Virus record (IMG/VR): IMGVR_UViG_3300037423_001503 | Length of the DNA: 64,000 bases | Direction: 5' to 3' (one strand) | Origin: a virus | Shown: positions 38,771 through 48,574 of the stretch, piece by piece | How the letters are laid out: each line of letters starts with the position of its first letter | Numbering within the stretch: position 1 is the stretch's first letter | Position numbers and translations under genes: made by a program | The notes under the pieces: generated by a model | Seen by the model: the letters and a program-made list of their open reading frames with translations, nothing else | What the model was told of the DNA's origin: nothing | The model's database searches: none

Positions 38771-41700
38771 TTAGTAGCCAGTCCCAAAACGCGTTGTTGG
38801 TCGGTATCCCTGAAGCGACTGTCCGGCAGTGGCTGCTCGTCCGATTGCGTCAAGCGTGCGTGTGTCGCCCGGGTGAAGAGTGTTCACAATGATAGTGTTT
38901 CCGCCGAGCGCCTGTGCGAGAGGGTTGCCGAACGGTGATCCGCCAGGCGTTGACAGTCCCGCTCCGTTGAAGAGCGCACCGAGCGCTGTGTAACCGCCAC
39001 GGCCGAGATCTCCAGACCCAGTGAACACGGCCAGCATCGACTCAGCGATCTTCTGAGCGCGGGCCGCTGTTGCGGCGTTGGTAGTAGCCTGCGTGACCAG
39101 CGCCTGCGCGTCCGGTGACGTCGATCCGTCTGCCGATCCGCCCTGAAGGGCAGCAATCGCGTTCGTTGCGTCAGTGATTCCTGACGTTGCCTCGGCGATC
39201 ATGTTGTACGCCTGCTCGTCATTGCCGGGCAGGCTGTCGTTGAGTAGCGCGTTAGCTGCGTTGATCTCGTCCTTGAATCCAGAGATCTTGTCGTTGTAGC
39301 CCTGGATCTGTAGGGCAGTATCGCCGTTCAGGATGCCCTGGCCGATCTCCGCGTCGCCCTTTGCGATGCTGAGCGATCCAGGTGTGCCATCTCCTCCGCC
39401 GACTCCACCGGTGCCCCCGCCGCCCGAGCCGCCGACCGCGGTCCCGTCGCTGCCGACTTCAGAAGAAGCCTTACCGGTAACACTGTCGATGTCGGCCTGG
39501 GTGTCGGAGATGTCCTGGCCGACCGAACGGTAATCGAAACCGGCTTCCTTCTGTCGGCCCTTGAAGTTGTTGAAGTCCTCGACAGACCCGTCGTGGATCT
39601 TGGTTTCGCGCGAGACCTCGCCCTTGATGGCCTTGAGCCGCTTATTCCAGGCGTTGATCTTGCTGTGGTCGGGCTTCTTCTTGTTGCGCTCGTTCTCGAT
39701 CGCCTTCTCAAGTCGCGTCTGTTCCTTCGCCAGGGCGTGGAGATTGAACGACGAGTCCTTGCGCGCCTTCGTCAACTCGGCCAACGCCAACGGCAGGTAC
39801 TTGACCTCCTCGGAGATCGTGTCCTGGAGGTTCTGCTGCCATGACTTGAGCGTCTTCAGCTTGTCGGTGTAGGACTTGACAAGATCGTTGTCGACGACGT
39901 AGATGTCGTTGCCGAGGCCGTCCTTCTGGCCGCTCTTCTTGAGGAACGTGTCGGGCTCCTTGATCGAGCGCTCCTGAAGGTCAATCTCATGGCCGAGATC
40001 CTCTTCCTTGGTCTGAAGCTGCTTGACGTAGATGGCCTTCGGCGACTCAGTGTTGAGCTTGAGGCCCTTACCAAATCCAGCACCCTTGATGTTGTGCTTA
40101 CGCCGGCCGCTCGTGTAGGAGCCAGGCTTACGCGGCGTGAACATCGTCGGGTAGAAGCCTGGGCCTGCGATGCCGTCACGGTTGTGTGGCCGATGGAAGC
40201 CCGCCTTGCCCTTCTGGAACATCGGGATACCCATCGAGCGAGCGAAGTCCTTGAAGAACGCTAGTCCGCGCGAGCGGTAGCGAGGCTCGGTCGGGATGAC
40301 GGACTCACTGCGCTTGACGTCCATCAATGTCGGCTGACGAACAACACGCACTGCGCCGGTGGCGTGGTCGGCGACAAGCTCAGGTCCGCGGCCCTCGCCG
40401 ACGAGGGCTGTCTCTGGCCCGATCGGTCCACGTCCACGGGCGCGCGAGTTCTTCACAGACTTGATGACGTTCTGCACCGTCGTCAAGGTGATGGACTTGT
40501 TGTGAAGGCTATTGAGGAGCGCGTAAGCCTGCTGAAGCGGGCCGAGGTTGGCGCGCGCGTTCAACGTAACTGTCTTGTTAGGGATCTGCTTGATCGCCTG
40601 TGTTGCTGCGCGAGCCTTACCGGTGATGAGATCGCGAGCGATCAGACGTGCTTCCTTGTTAGGCACATGCAGAATGCTGCTGATGATGTGAGCGATCTTC
40701 GATGTCGCCTCATCGACGGCCTTGATCTTAGTCTTACCATCGGGCAGCGAGTTGACTCGGCTAACGATGTGAGCGATCCTAGCTGACGCCTGGTCGTCAA
40801 GACCAAGCTTGACAGAAGCGCGGCGGGCGGTCGCTGCCCTGACCTGCGCTCCGAGGCGACGGATCGCTTCCTCGGCCGACTTCGAGTCGATGATGATCTT
40901 CTGCACGATGCTCGACTTGACGCCGCTCTTCAGTGCCGAGCTTGCCTTACCCGCTACTGCGCCCGCATCCTTAGGATCAGCGAACTTCAACGCCACGCGC
41001 TTGGCAAGGCTCTGCGACCGGCGATAGAGATTGGCGAGCGCAGTGTTGGCAGAGCCGCTAGCAGCGACCAGGCCGTGAAGCTCACGCTGGTAGTTGAGGG
41101 CGTCGGCTGCGGCCTGACGGGCAGCATGGCCCTGCGCAACAAGCGTCGAGTGGTACTTCTCCTCTGCCTGCGCGGCTAGCTTGGTCGCATCTGCGAGCTT
41201 CTTACGCTTGTCCTCAATGACATTAGCGCCCTCGCCGTCCTTGAGCGCGCGGTCGAGGTCCTTCTGCGCGCTGGTGGCGCGCTGTGTGGCCTTTTGCCAG
41301 TTGTCGAGGCTCTTGCGCTGCTCGTTGCGAGAGTCAATGATCTTCTGATCGGCGTTGGCCTTCAACTGGGCAGCCTTTCGGACGCCGTCCTCGTAGCCCT
41401 GTCGTTGCTTGAGTGCCTCGTTTAGTTCGTTGAGCTTGTCCTTGTATTCGATGGTGCCGGACTTACCTGCTGCGTCGAGCTTGTTTAGCTGCTTCTTGAG
41501 AGCAGCAACCTTGCCCAGCGACTGCTGGTACCCATATTGCGCCTGACCAGCGATCAGCGTCGCCTCGGACGACTGCGCGATGTTCGAGTTGAAGTCCTTG
41601 TTGACCTTGTCTGTGTTCTTGATCGAGTCCTTCAGCTTCTGAAGACCGGTCTTCATCGTCGCGATCTTGTAGGCTGCGAAGCCGCCAATTGCGGCAAGCC

Positions 41701-44395
41701 CAGCCAGGCCACCGGTCAAGGCGATGCTAGCGCCGCTGAGTTCGCCGATTGCGACCCCAGAACCGACCGCTGCGCCTCGCAGCAAGTTGAGTTCCTTGGT
41801 CGACTTACCTGCGACCTTCTCAATCGTCGACAGCCCCTTAGCGCCCGCCGCACCCTCGCCGACATTCAAGGCTAGCTGCTCGGCGGCCCCAGCGGCTGCC
41901 TTGCCCTTACGGAAACGACCTGCAACATTACCGGCCGCGCCGCCGGTGAGGAAGTCGATGGCCGCGCCGCCGACCTTGAGCGCGCCGAGCGCCTTGATCG
42001 CCGCCCCAAGCTCCTTGACCGCGTCGACCACCGACAGCACCTTCGACGCTAGCGTTCCGGCCAGGAAGATTCCGAACGCACCTACCAGAAGGTCACGGAC
42101 GCCCTTGAAGCGTGCCATATCTGCGATCCAGCGGCCGAAGGTCGCCGACACATTCAAGATGATGTCGGAGAACGGACGCATGATCGTCGCCCACTCGATG
42201 AATACTTGGGCGAGCGGCTTCAGGACCTGGTAGAGGTCTTGTGTGGTCTTGATGGAGTCCTTGAAGAAGGAGCCCAGTCCGCCTGGGTTCGCACGGATGT
42301 TGTCCGAGATGCGATCCATTCCGTCAGCGATCGAGTTGAGGAAGTCGATTCCTCCGCCGCGGCCGGCGGCAACTCCGAAGAACGTCGCCAGCAGGCGTGT
42401 CGCTGACGCAGTGATGTGGATGAGCGCCTTGAATCCGTCCACCATCGTGCGGACTGCGTTCTTGGCTCCGACGGACTTGGACGCGCGGTTGACGTTGTCG
42501 GCCCAGTCAGCGAAGCCCTTCGACAGCCCAGGGAGGAAGTTCGAGAAGTCAGACGCGATGTGGCCGAAGGCCGCACCCAACGAGGTCAGTCCGTGCAGGA
42601 GCGGCGTCAGTGAGCGATTTGCGTTCTCAAGGATATTGTTGAGGGTGTCCCGCCCGCCCTTACTGCGCAGGCGCTGGAACGCCTCGGAAATGCCGTTTGC
42701 GGCGCGATCCATGAAGCCGCGCGTGCGAGCAGCAAAGGACGGCAAGAGCTTGTCAGCAGTCTTGATGCCCTCGCTGAATACCTTGCCGAAGTCGCGGTTC
42801 GCGGCTGGCTTGGTCGCGTCCTGGAAGGACTTCTTCAGCCTCTCTAGGCCCTTGAAGGCCTCGGCGGTCTGCTTCGGCATGTGCGCGAAGACAGAGTTCA
42901 ACTGATCCTGGGCGGTCTTCGCCTGCTTGGACTTGCTGCCGTACTTGGAGACCGCGTCGTTGTACTTCTTCTGGGACGCGAACGCAGCCTTCAGGTTCTG
43001 AGCCACCGGTAGCAACGCGACGGCGGTTCCGCCGATGAGCGGAACGAAGCCAGCCAATGCGGCCGAGCCGAGGCCGATGCCTCCAGCGAGACCAGCGCCG
43101 ATCGCGCCGCCCAACGACAACACGGCCCCGGCGACGCCAACGACGACAGGACCGAGCAGCGTTAGTGCTCTAATCGCACCACCGATTGTTGAGGTAAATG
43201 GACCAAGTCGGACCGTCGTATCAGATAGCGCTGCCGCCCAACGCGACAACGCCTTGGTTCCGCGCTCATCGACGTCGAAGGAGATCTTTGGCGGGGGATG
43301 ACCCAATCGGTGTAGTCGCTCTTCGAGACGATCAATCTCCTCGGTGTGGGCGTCGATCTTGAGATCGATCTTGTCGCGCTGGCGCTTATCAATGAAGACT
43401 CGATTGCGCTTGTCGACGAGCTTCTGGCGGCGCTCAAGCAGGTCAAGGTAGCGAACCGTGTCGCGCTTGACCGTCGATAGCTCACGCGCGCGTAGAGCCT
43501 CAGCGTCACTGGTGGCCTTCTCGGAGATGCGGGAAGCGCGGACAGCGGCTCGGACTCGCGCCTCTTCTGCCTTGACCTCTGCGCGTCGTGCCTTCTCGGA
43601 TTCGCGCGCCCGGCGGGCCGACGCCTGCTCGGCAGCGCGCTGAGCCTTGACCTCAGCATCTCGGATCGCCTTGGCGGTCTTCTCGCGTTGTGCGATCTCG
43701 GCGCGGGCAGCCTTTTCACGCTCGGCGGCTTCGGCCTTCTCTGCCTTCTCGCGCGCCGCCGCCTCAGCGCGGGCAGCCTTCTCGGCCTCAGCTACGCGCT
43801 TGCGCTCTGCCTTTTCGGCCTCAAGCGCGCGCTTCTTCTCGGCGGCAACTGCGGCCCGGACCTTGTCTTCCTCAGCCTTGACCTCGGCGGCGCGCGCCTT
43901 TTCACCGGCGGCGGCTCGCTTCTTAGCTGCTTCCTCGGCAGCCTTGACCGCTTCCTGCTCAGCCTTCTTGATCGCGTCGGCGGTCTTCTTAGCCTGTGCG
44001 GCGCGAACCTGAGCGATCTTCTTTTCGTTGCGTTCTACAGCAAGAGCGCGATCTTCGTCAAGTTGCTGGACGCGGTTGTAGAGCTTGACGTTTTCAGCCT
44101 CATACTGCTTGAGGCGTCGCGTCGCGTTCGCAAAACCAGCGTTGGCCTTACGCGCATCAACGTCGAGCGTCGCAGTGGCACGCTCGTGCTCCCAGCGCTC
44201 CTTATCGGCCTGAGCCTTGCGCAGCTTGGCGTAGAACTCAGAAGTGTCGGCACCCAGACGTAGCTCGGCTTCCTTGCGGTCCAGCTTCGCCATCGTTCGG
44301 TCGAACTGAGCTTCGACCTCCTTGAGTTCACGGCCAACATTGCTGTCAACTTCGACAACAATCTTACCGTGTCCTAGGATTTCCTCGCCTGCCAT
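38771..44395 (-). CDS. tape measure protein
   Basis: 1874 aa, Ala/Lys-rich helical repeats, hydrophobic Gly/Ala segments, follows tail chaperones. Confidence 0.9.
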   Translation of the reverse strand: MAGEEILGHGKIVVEVDSNVGRELKEVEAQFDRTMAKLDRKEAELRLGADTSEFYAKLRKAQADKERWEHERATATLDVDARKANAGFANATRRLKQYEAENVKLYNRVQQLDEDRALAVERNEKKIAQVRAAQAKKTADAIKKAEQEAVKAAEEAAKKRAAAGEKARAAEVKAEEDKVRAAVAAEKKRALEAEKAERKRVAEAEKAARAEAAAREKAEKAEAAEREKAARAEIAQREKTAKAIRDAEVKAQRAAEQASARRARESEKARRAEVKAEEARVRAAVRASRISEKATSDAEALRARELSTVKRDTVRYLDLLERRQKLVDKRNRVFIDKRQRDKIDLKIDAHTEEIDRLEERLHRLGHPPPKISFDVDERGTKALSRWAAALSDTTVRLGPFTSTIGGAIRALTLLGPVVVGVAGAVLSLGGAIGAGLAGGIGLGSAALAGFVPLIGGTAVALLPVAQNLKAAFASQKKYNDAVSKYGSKSKQAKTAQDQLNSVFAHMPKQTAEAFKGLERLKKSFQDATKPAANRDFGKVFSEGIKTADKLLPSFAARTRGFMDRAANGISEAFQRLRSKGGRDTLNNILENANRSLTPLLHGLTSLGAAFGHIASDFSNFLPGLSKGFADWADNVNRASKSVGAKNAVRTMVDGFKALIHITASATRLLATFFGVAAGRGGGIDFLNSIADGMDRISDNIRANPGGLGSFFKDSIKTTQDLYQVLKPLAQVFIEWATIMRPFSDIILNVSATFGRWIADMARFKGVRDLLVGAFGIFLAGTLASKVLSVVDAVKELGAAIKALGALKVGGAAIDFLTGGAAGNVAGRFRKGKAAAGAAEQLALNVGEGAAGAKGLSTIEKVAGKSTKELNLLRGAAVGSGVAIGELSGASIALTGGLAGLAAIGGFAAYKIATMKTGLQKLKDSIKNTDKVNKDFNSNIAQSSEATLIAGQAQYGYQQSLGKVAALKKQLNKLDAAGKSGTIEYKDKLNELNEALKQRQGYEDGVRKAAQLKANADQKIIDSRNEQRKSLDNWQKATQRATSAQKDLDRALKDGEGANVIEDKRKKLADATKLAAQAEEKYHSTLVAQGHAARQAAADALNYQRELHGLVAASGSANTALANLYRRSQSLAKRVALKFADPKDAGAVAGKASSALKSGVKSSIVQKIIIDSKSAEEAIRRLGAQVRAATARRASVKLGLDDQASARIAHIVSRVNSLPDGKTKIKAVDEATSKIAHIISSILHVPNKEARLIARDLITGKARAATQAIKQIPNKTVTLNARANLGPLQQAYALLNSLHNKSITLTTVQNVIKSVKNSRARGRGPIGPETALVGEGRGPELVADHATGAVRVVRQPTLMDVKRSESVIPTEPRYRSRGLAFFKDFARSMGIPMFQKGKAGFHRPHNRDGIAGPGFYPTMFTPRKPGSYTSGRRKHNIKGAGFGKGLKLNTESPKAIYVKQLQTKEEDLGHEIDLQERSIKEPDTFLKKSGQKDGLGNDIYVVDNDLVKSYTDKLKTLKSWQQNLQDTISEEVKYLPLALAELTKARKDSSFNLHALAKEQTRLEKAIENERNKKKPDHSKINAWNKRLKAIKGEVSRETKIHDGSVEDFNNFKGRQKEAGFDYRSVGQDISDTQADIDSVTGKASSEVGSDGTAVGGSGGGGTGGVGGGDGTPGSLSIAKGDAEIGQGILNGDTALQIQGYNDKISGFKDEINAANALLNDSLPGNDEQAYNMIAEATSGITDATNAIAALQGGSADGSTSPDAQALVTQATTNAATAARAQKIAESMLAVFTGSGDLGRGGYTALGALFNGAGLSTPGGSPFGNPLAQALGGNTIIVNTLHPGDTRTLDAIGRAATAGQSLQGYRPTTRFGTGY

Positions 44396-44415
44396 CTGGG
44401 TGCTCTCACCTCCTC

Positions 44416-44637
44416 CTAACTAGCCGCGGCGCGCAGTCTTGCTAGACCGTCACCGTCGTTCTGCCATTCCTTTCTCTTGCGTTCCTTCTCGGCGTCGCGT
44501 TCCTCCTTGGCCTGCTTCACCGACAACGCCTCCATGATCATGTAGTCAATGACGTCGTCGGAATCCATCTGCGGCCAAGGACGGCCCGCTTCCTTATAGG
44601 TTCTCCAGAGCCTAGTCGCCGTAGTCGAGGCCACGAA
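44416..44637 (-). CDS. tail assembly chaperone C-terminal extension (frameshift product)
   Basis: Overlaps chaperone end in the +1 frame; TTT CGT site at 44638-44633. Confidence 0.6.
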   Translation of the reverse strand, partial: FVASTTATRLWRTYKEAGRPWPQMDSDDVIDYMIMEALSVKQAKEERDAEKERKRKEWQNDGDGLARLRAAAS

Positions 44638-45046
44638 ATCGCCGCCACTCTGCCGAACGGTGGAGGCCGGAGATGTGGTTGCCGAGTGCGTCGAGGTCAC
44701 GCTGACGTGTGCCGATCTCTACGAGAAGCTCGATGTCCTCGTAGGGGAGTTCGGTAACGTCGGCTGCGTCAATGGCCGGCTCAACCACCATCGTCGTAAC
44801 GAGCAGGGAGAAGAAGTCAGCCTGCTCTGCGATTAGCTCGCGAGTGATGGTCTCCTTCTGGATCGCGCCGATTGCGGCGTCGAGGAGGTTGTTGGGGATC
44901 GACCCGTTCTTCACCATCTCGGGAAGGTTGGGGATCTTGATCGTGACGAGCGCGCCGCTTGGCAGAGCTACGTCGTGGACTCCGGCCTTCTTCCAGGCCG
45001 ATACGTCCTTAGGCTTCCGTACTACCGTCGCGTCGCTTGTGCTCAT
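44612..45046 (-). CDS. tail assembly chaperone
   Basis: Between major tail and tape measure; GAGG/AGGA upstream of ATG. Confidence 0.75.
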   Translation of the reverse strand: MSTSDATVVRKPKDVSAWKKAGVHDVALPSGALVTIKIPNLPEMVKNGSIPNNLLDAAIGAIQKETITRELIAEQADFFSLLVTTMVVEPAIDAADVTELPYEDIELLVEIGTRQRDLDALGNHISGLHRSAEWRRFRGLDYGD

Positions 45047-45173
45047 CCTGTGCCTCCTGGGCTGTGGTTTCTGAGTCCCGCATTCTTGCGAGTGACTGGA
45101 CTAGCAAGCGGGACTCCCGCTGTACTCGCTTCGCTTGCGCCAGAGCTAGCTCAAGCCGTGCGTCGTTGTCCAT
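45009..45173 (-). CDS. small hypothetical protein (leaderless)
   Basis: TGCC-N11-TATTCT-N8-ATG. Confidence 0.45.
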   Translation of the reverse strand: MDNDARLELALAQAKRVQRESRLLVQSLARMRDSETTAQEAQDEHKRRDGSTEA

Positions 45174-45211
45174 GTAATAGAAGAATACAGAAACGAGAGG
45201 CAATAAATGAA

Positions 45212-45235
45212 GAAGGCCGCCAAGTGGCGGCCTTC
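45212..45235 (-). terminator. terminator after major tail gene
   Basis: GAAGGCCGCCA/TGGCGGCCTTC inverted repeat with T-rich tail. Confidence 0.65.
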
Positions 45236-45264
45236 AGGTCCAGGCGGTAGCGAAGCGCCTAGGC

Positions 45265-46233
45265 TTAGTAGCTAGCGGTCTGGTTCTTCAGTGTCGCCGT
45301 TAGCAGGTCGGTAACGCCGGTGGCCTTCTGGGCGACGGCGCGAACCGAGGAAATGATCGGACCACCAGACGGATCTGGCTCAGCCGGGAACTCCTCGTAT
45401 GCGATCGACGGGAAGTCGAAGGCGATCTCGTTATTGGCGTCGATGGTGAACGTGAAGTTCGCGGCCGTGGTGAAGATGTTCGGCTGAACGGAGGTGCCGG
45501 CAGCGCCGCCGTAGTAGAACTTGTTGTACTCCTGTAGGTCCTGGAAGAGCAGGTCGAACGAAAGGCTGATCTCGCGCTGGCCGGCAGCGATGTCGTACGG
45601 AACGATGTCGTCGGTCTGCTGACGCTCTAGGTTGTTCTCAACAGTAACGCTGAACGAACGAATCAGGCGAGTCGAAGATCCGCCGAGCGTGATGGCCGCG
45701 TTGTTGAAGTTGAACGGAACGTCGGAGTCCAGCGTGACCGAACCCAGCGGGTCGCTCGTCAGGCGCGTCGGGATCAGACCCTGAACGCCAATCGTGGCGG
45801 TCAGCGGCTGACCGGCTTCAGCGGCGATCGTGATCGATCCTGCCTGGCAGTCCTGGAAGCGCTCGAACAGCGCGCCTGCGCCGCCGATGTTGCGCCACAG
45901 GGTGTACCAAGGCAGCGACTGGCCCGGCTTGATCACGTGGGTGTAGTTGGTGGTTCCCGACGAGGCGATGCTGCCTAGTGCGCCGTAGAGCCAGAAGCCT
46001 AGCGACTCAGGGCGAACGTAGAGTTCAGGCGAGCCTTCGACGCCAGAGGTGGTGAGGTAGGCCGCGGCCTGGTCGCGAGACGAGTCGGTCTCAGCGAGAC
46101 GATCGGTCTGAAGAACCGGAGCGATGTTGCCGCCGGAGAATGCGTTGGCGAACGCAGGCGCTGACGCTACAGTGCCCTTAGCGCTCTGCTTTGCTCCTGC
46201 GATCCATGCGGACTTACCAGAAAATCCTGCCAT
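45265..46233 (-). CDS. major tail (tube) protein
   Basis: 322 aa; PWYTLWR, SFSVTVENNL; position in tail module. Confidence 0.85.
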   Translation of the reverse strand: MAGFSGKSAWIAGAKQSAKGTVASAPAFANAFSGGNIAPVLQTDRLAETDSSRDQAAAYLTTSGVEGSPELYVRPESLGFWLYGALGSIASSGTTNYTHVIKPGQSLPWYTLWRNIGGAGALFERFQDCQAGSITIAAEAGQPLTATIGVQGLIPTRLTSDPLGSVTLDSDVPFNFNNAAITLGGSSTRLIRSFSVTVENNLERQQTDDIVPYDIAAGQREISLSFDLLFQDLQEYNKFYYGGAAGTSVQPNIFTTAANFTFTIDANNEIAFDFPSIAYEEFPAEPDPSGGPIISSVRAVAQKATGVTDLLTATLKNQTASY

Positions 46234-46236
46234 TGG

Positions 46237-46482
46237 TTACTCCTTCCAGTCCGCTGCTGGGGTCTTAGGGTCGTCTACCGGATCAGAGGTCGGTGCAGGC
46301 GGCGCTACTGGAGCGTCGTCTTCAACAACAGTGAAGAGATCCGAGTATGAGTTCTTGATGGCCTCGACGACCTCGCGGTCGTCAGTCACGTACGGCGATG
46401 CGTCGACCGTGAACGAAACCGATCCGATCGAAACGTTGATAGCACCGCTAGGCGCGCCGGCAGCCTTTGAGATCTTCGCCAT
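46237..46482 (-). CDS. small virion-associated hypothetical protein
   Basis: Late-promoter motif upstream; precedes major tail. Confidence 0.55.
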   Translation of the reverse strand: MAKISKAAGAPSGAINVSIGSVSFTVDASPYVTDDREVVEAIKNSYSDLFTVVEDDAPVAPPAPTSDPVDDPKTPAADWKE

Positions 46483-46520
46483 GATCACAAAAGATACCCG
46501 ACGGCTCGCCAGAAACCTTA

Positions 46521-46973
46521 TTAGCCAGTCGTCTCCACCAGTGCAGAATTGTTGCCGCGTGACTGGACCGTCATCTCAAAACGAGACTTGTTGCCGGTCG
46601 CGTCATTGGTGTAGCGAGTCATGGTCACATCGAAATACCAGACGCCGGCAGCGCCAGTGATGCGAGCCTTAGCCAGCGCGCGTCTCAGGCGCTCGGCCTT
46701 ATTGGCGATGACGCGGGGATCGACAATCTGCTGCGGGTCGATGTCAGCCTTGTAGGGGTCGAAGAACTGGATCGTGACCTGCCCGACAAGCTCGATGCCG
46801 CGGGTCTCTTCGACGTCTGGGTAGATGCCGACGTAGTTACGTCCGTCAGCGCCCAGTGAGGCGTGAAGGCGATCGTGGCGGATCGTCAAGAACGGAAGAT
46901 CGCTGAACTCTGTCTCGATGACTACTTCGAGTGCGTTAGCGAGAATCGTGTATGGGTCAGTTACAACTGTCAT
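46521..46973 (-). CDS. tail terminator / neck protein
   Basis: Size and position in head-tail joining block. Confidence 0.55.
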   Translation of the reverse strand: MTVVTDPYTILANALEVVIETEFSDLPFLTIRHDRLHASLGADGRNYVGIYPDVEETRGIELVGQVTIQFFDPYKADIDPQQIVDPRVIANKAERLRRALAKARITGAAGVWYFDVTMTRYTNDATGNKSRFEMTVQSRGNNSALVETTG

Positions 46974-47479
46974 CAGCCCGGATACTCCTCCTTGGCGATC
47001 TGCATCATTCGGTGGCGCGCTACCTGGTCATACGAAGGCCGTAGGAAGGGCTGTGCGCGCGTTCCCGGGTGACGAACCCACGCGCCGCTTTCATCCCAGT
47101 TCTCATAGCCCTTACCGCTACCGACGGGACCGAAGTGCGGGTTGTTCCACACGAACTCGCCGCCCCTCCAGAAGAAGTGCAGCTTTCCCTTGATGATGTG
47201 TGGGCTGGTGCCTAGTTCAACATATAGCGCGTGCTGAGAGATAGAGTACCAGTATCCGCGCGTCCCCTCGGCGGAGCTACGCATTGAGGCCTTGAGTGGA
47301 ATATCGCCGGGCTTGCGGCCGCTGGCCTTTCCGACCGGAGCTAGGGCGCGAGCAGCCTCTTCGCCTTCCTTGACCGTGCGTGCGACTGTCGCGACGGCTG
47401 CCTCATCGCAGCGAGCAGCAAAGCGACCAAAGTTGTCGCGTGCAATCACAACCCTCGACTTGGCTGTGATCTCACCCAC
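46973..47479 (-). CDS. HK97 gp10-like tail completion protein
   Basis: ALAPV, ALYVELGT, HPGTRAQPFLRP. Confidence 0.8.
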   Translation of the reverse strand: MGEITAKSRVVIARDNFGRFAARCDEAAVATVARTVKEGEEAARALAPVGKASGRKPGDIPLKASMRSSAEGTRGYWYSISQHALYVELGTSPHIIKGKLHFFWRGGEFVWNNPHFGPVGSGKGYENWDESGAWVRHPGTRAQPFLRPSYDQVARHRMMQIAKEEYPG

Positions 47480-47482
47480 AGC

Positions 47483-48136
47483 TTAGACGCGAGGAACGAT
47501 GTAGTTCTGGAGGATGGCCTGAGCGCGAAGCGGTAGCGGCTCTTCGAGATCGGACGCGCCTCGTGTGCGCGAGTAGTTCTCGATCGATTCCTGAGTATAT
47601 GGTCGGTTGCCCTCAGACATCGCCTCGGCGGTGATGATCGTTGCCTGCTTGACATCGTCGGGAATCGCCGGCCAGCCCCACGAGGCCGTAACGATGACGA
47701 TGTTGGGCCGCGAAGGAAGCTTGTAGGCCAACGTGTCCAGGTTGTACGTGAATCCCATCTCTGGGCTGCCAACACCGTAGGCGTTCGGTGCCAGCCTCAG
47801 CCACTGACGTACAGGACCGTTCAACGGATACGCTGACCACTCATTCACGGTCAGCGATGTTGTGGTCGTGGTGTCGCCGATGTAGCCCGATTGAACAGCG
47901 ACGGCGGTTACTTCCTGACACTCATCGATATCAAGGAATCCGCAACCATCGTACTCGTAGCTGCGGTCCTCTGCGAAGGCGTACTCGTCGGTGACGAGGA
48001 ACTCAAGACCGGTGTAGTTCCTGACCAGCGCCGACGCCGAGGCGATGTGCCACGAGAGCTTACCGTCGCTTGGGTCGGTCTGGATCGGCAACCCTAGCGC
48101 TGTCTTGAACTCAGTGAGAGTAATCAAATCGGCCAT
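47483..48136 (-). CDS. head-to-tail adaptor (gp6/gp15-like)
   Basis: LITLTEFK, ASALVRNYTG, WGWPAIPDDVKQA, ESIENYS. Confidence 0.8.
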   Translation of the reverse strand: MADLITLTEFKTALGLPIQTDPSDGKLSWHIASASALVRNYTGLEFLVTDEYAFAEDRSYEYDGCGFLDIDECQEVTAVAVQSGYIGDTTTTTSLTVNEWSAYPLNGPVRQWLRLAPNAYGVGSPEMGFTYNLDTLAYKLPSRPNIVIVTASWGWPAIPDDVKQATIITAEAMSEGNRPYTQESIENYSRTRGASDLEEPLPLRAQAILQNYIVPRV

Positions 48137-48165
48137 AAGGTAAGGCTACTCCTCGTGCGGACACG

Positions 48166-48191
48166 AAAAGGGCCGCCCCGAGAGGCGGCCC
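48166..48191 (-). terminator. terminator after capsid operon
   Basis: GGGCCGCC/GGCGGCCC followed by TTTT. Confidence 0.65.
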
Positions 48192-48216
48192 TGTGGAATT
48201 TCGATTCGCTCCGAAC

Positions 48217-48555
48217 CTACGAGAGGTCTGGAACGTGCTCCTCTCCGGACTCCGCACCGACAGCGCGGACGTGGTCCGAGTCGCTGCCGTCGCCGGCCTC
48301 GGAAGAGACAGGGATCGGAGCGGCAGTGGTGCCGAACTTGGCCTCGACGACGCCGGTTGCGAGAGCCTCGCCGAGCGGTACGGCGATGCGGTCGCGCCTT
48401 GCGTCTGCGTCCTCAGGAATCTGAACCGCCAGCGGCGAGTTCGGATCGAGGATTACCTCGTCTGCGCGGAAGGAGGTCTCGTGGACGTGCAGTTCTCCGC
48501 CGCCCTGAGCCTCGCGAACCTCGCGGACTACTGTGTATCGGTCTTCAGTTGCCAT
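48217..48555 (-). CDS. hypothetical protein downstream of capsid
   Basis: AGGAG SD; follows major capsid gene. Confidence 0.55.
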   Translation of the reverse strand: MATEDRYTVVREVREAQGGGELHVHETSFRADEVILDPNSPLAVQIPEDADARRDRIAVPLGEALATGVVEAKFGTTAAPIPVSSEAGDGSDSDHVRAVGAESGEEHVPDLS

Positions 48556-48574
48556 TCTCAAGTACTCCTACGGC

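Noticed and set aside
43450-44050. Repetitive stretch in the tape measure gene
   Set aside because: Encodes ordinary Ala/Glu/Lys/Arg coiled-coil; not a DNA repeat array
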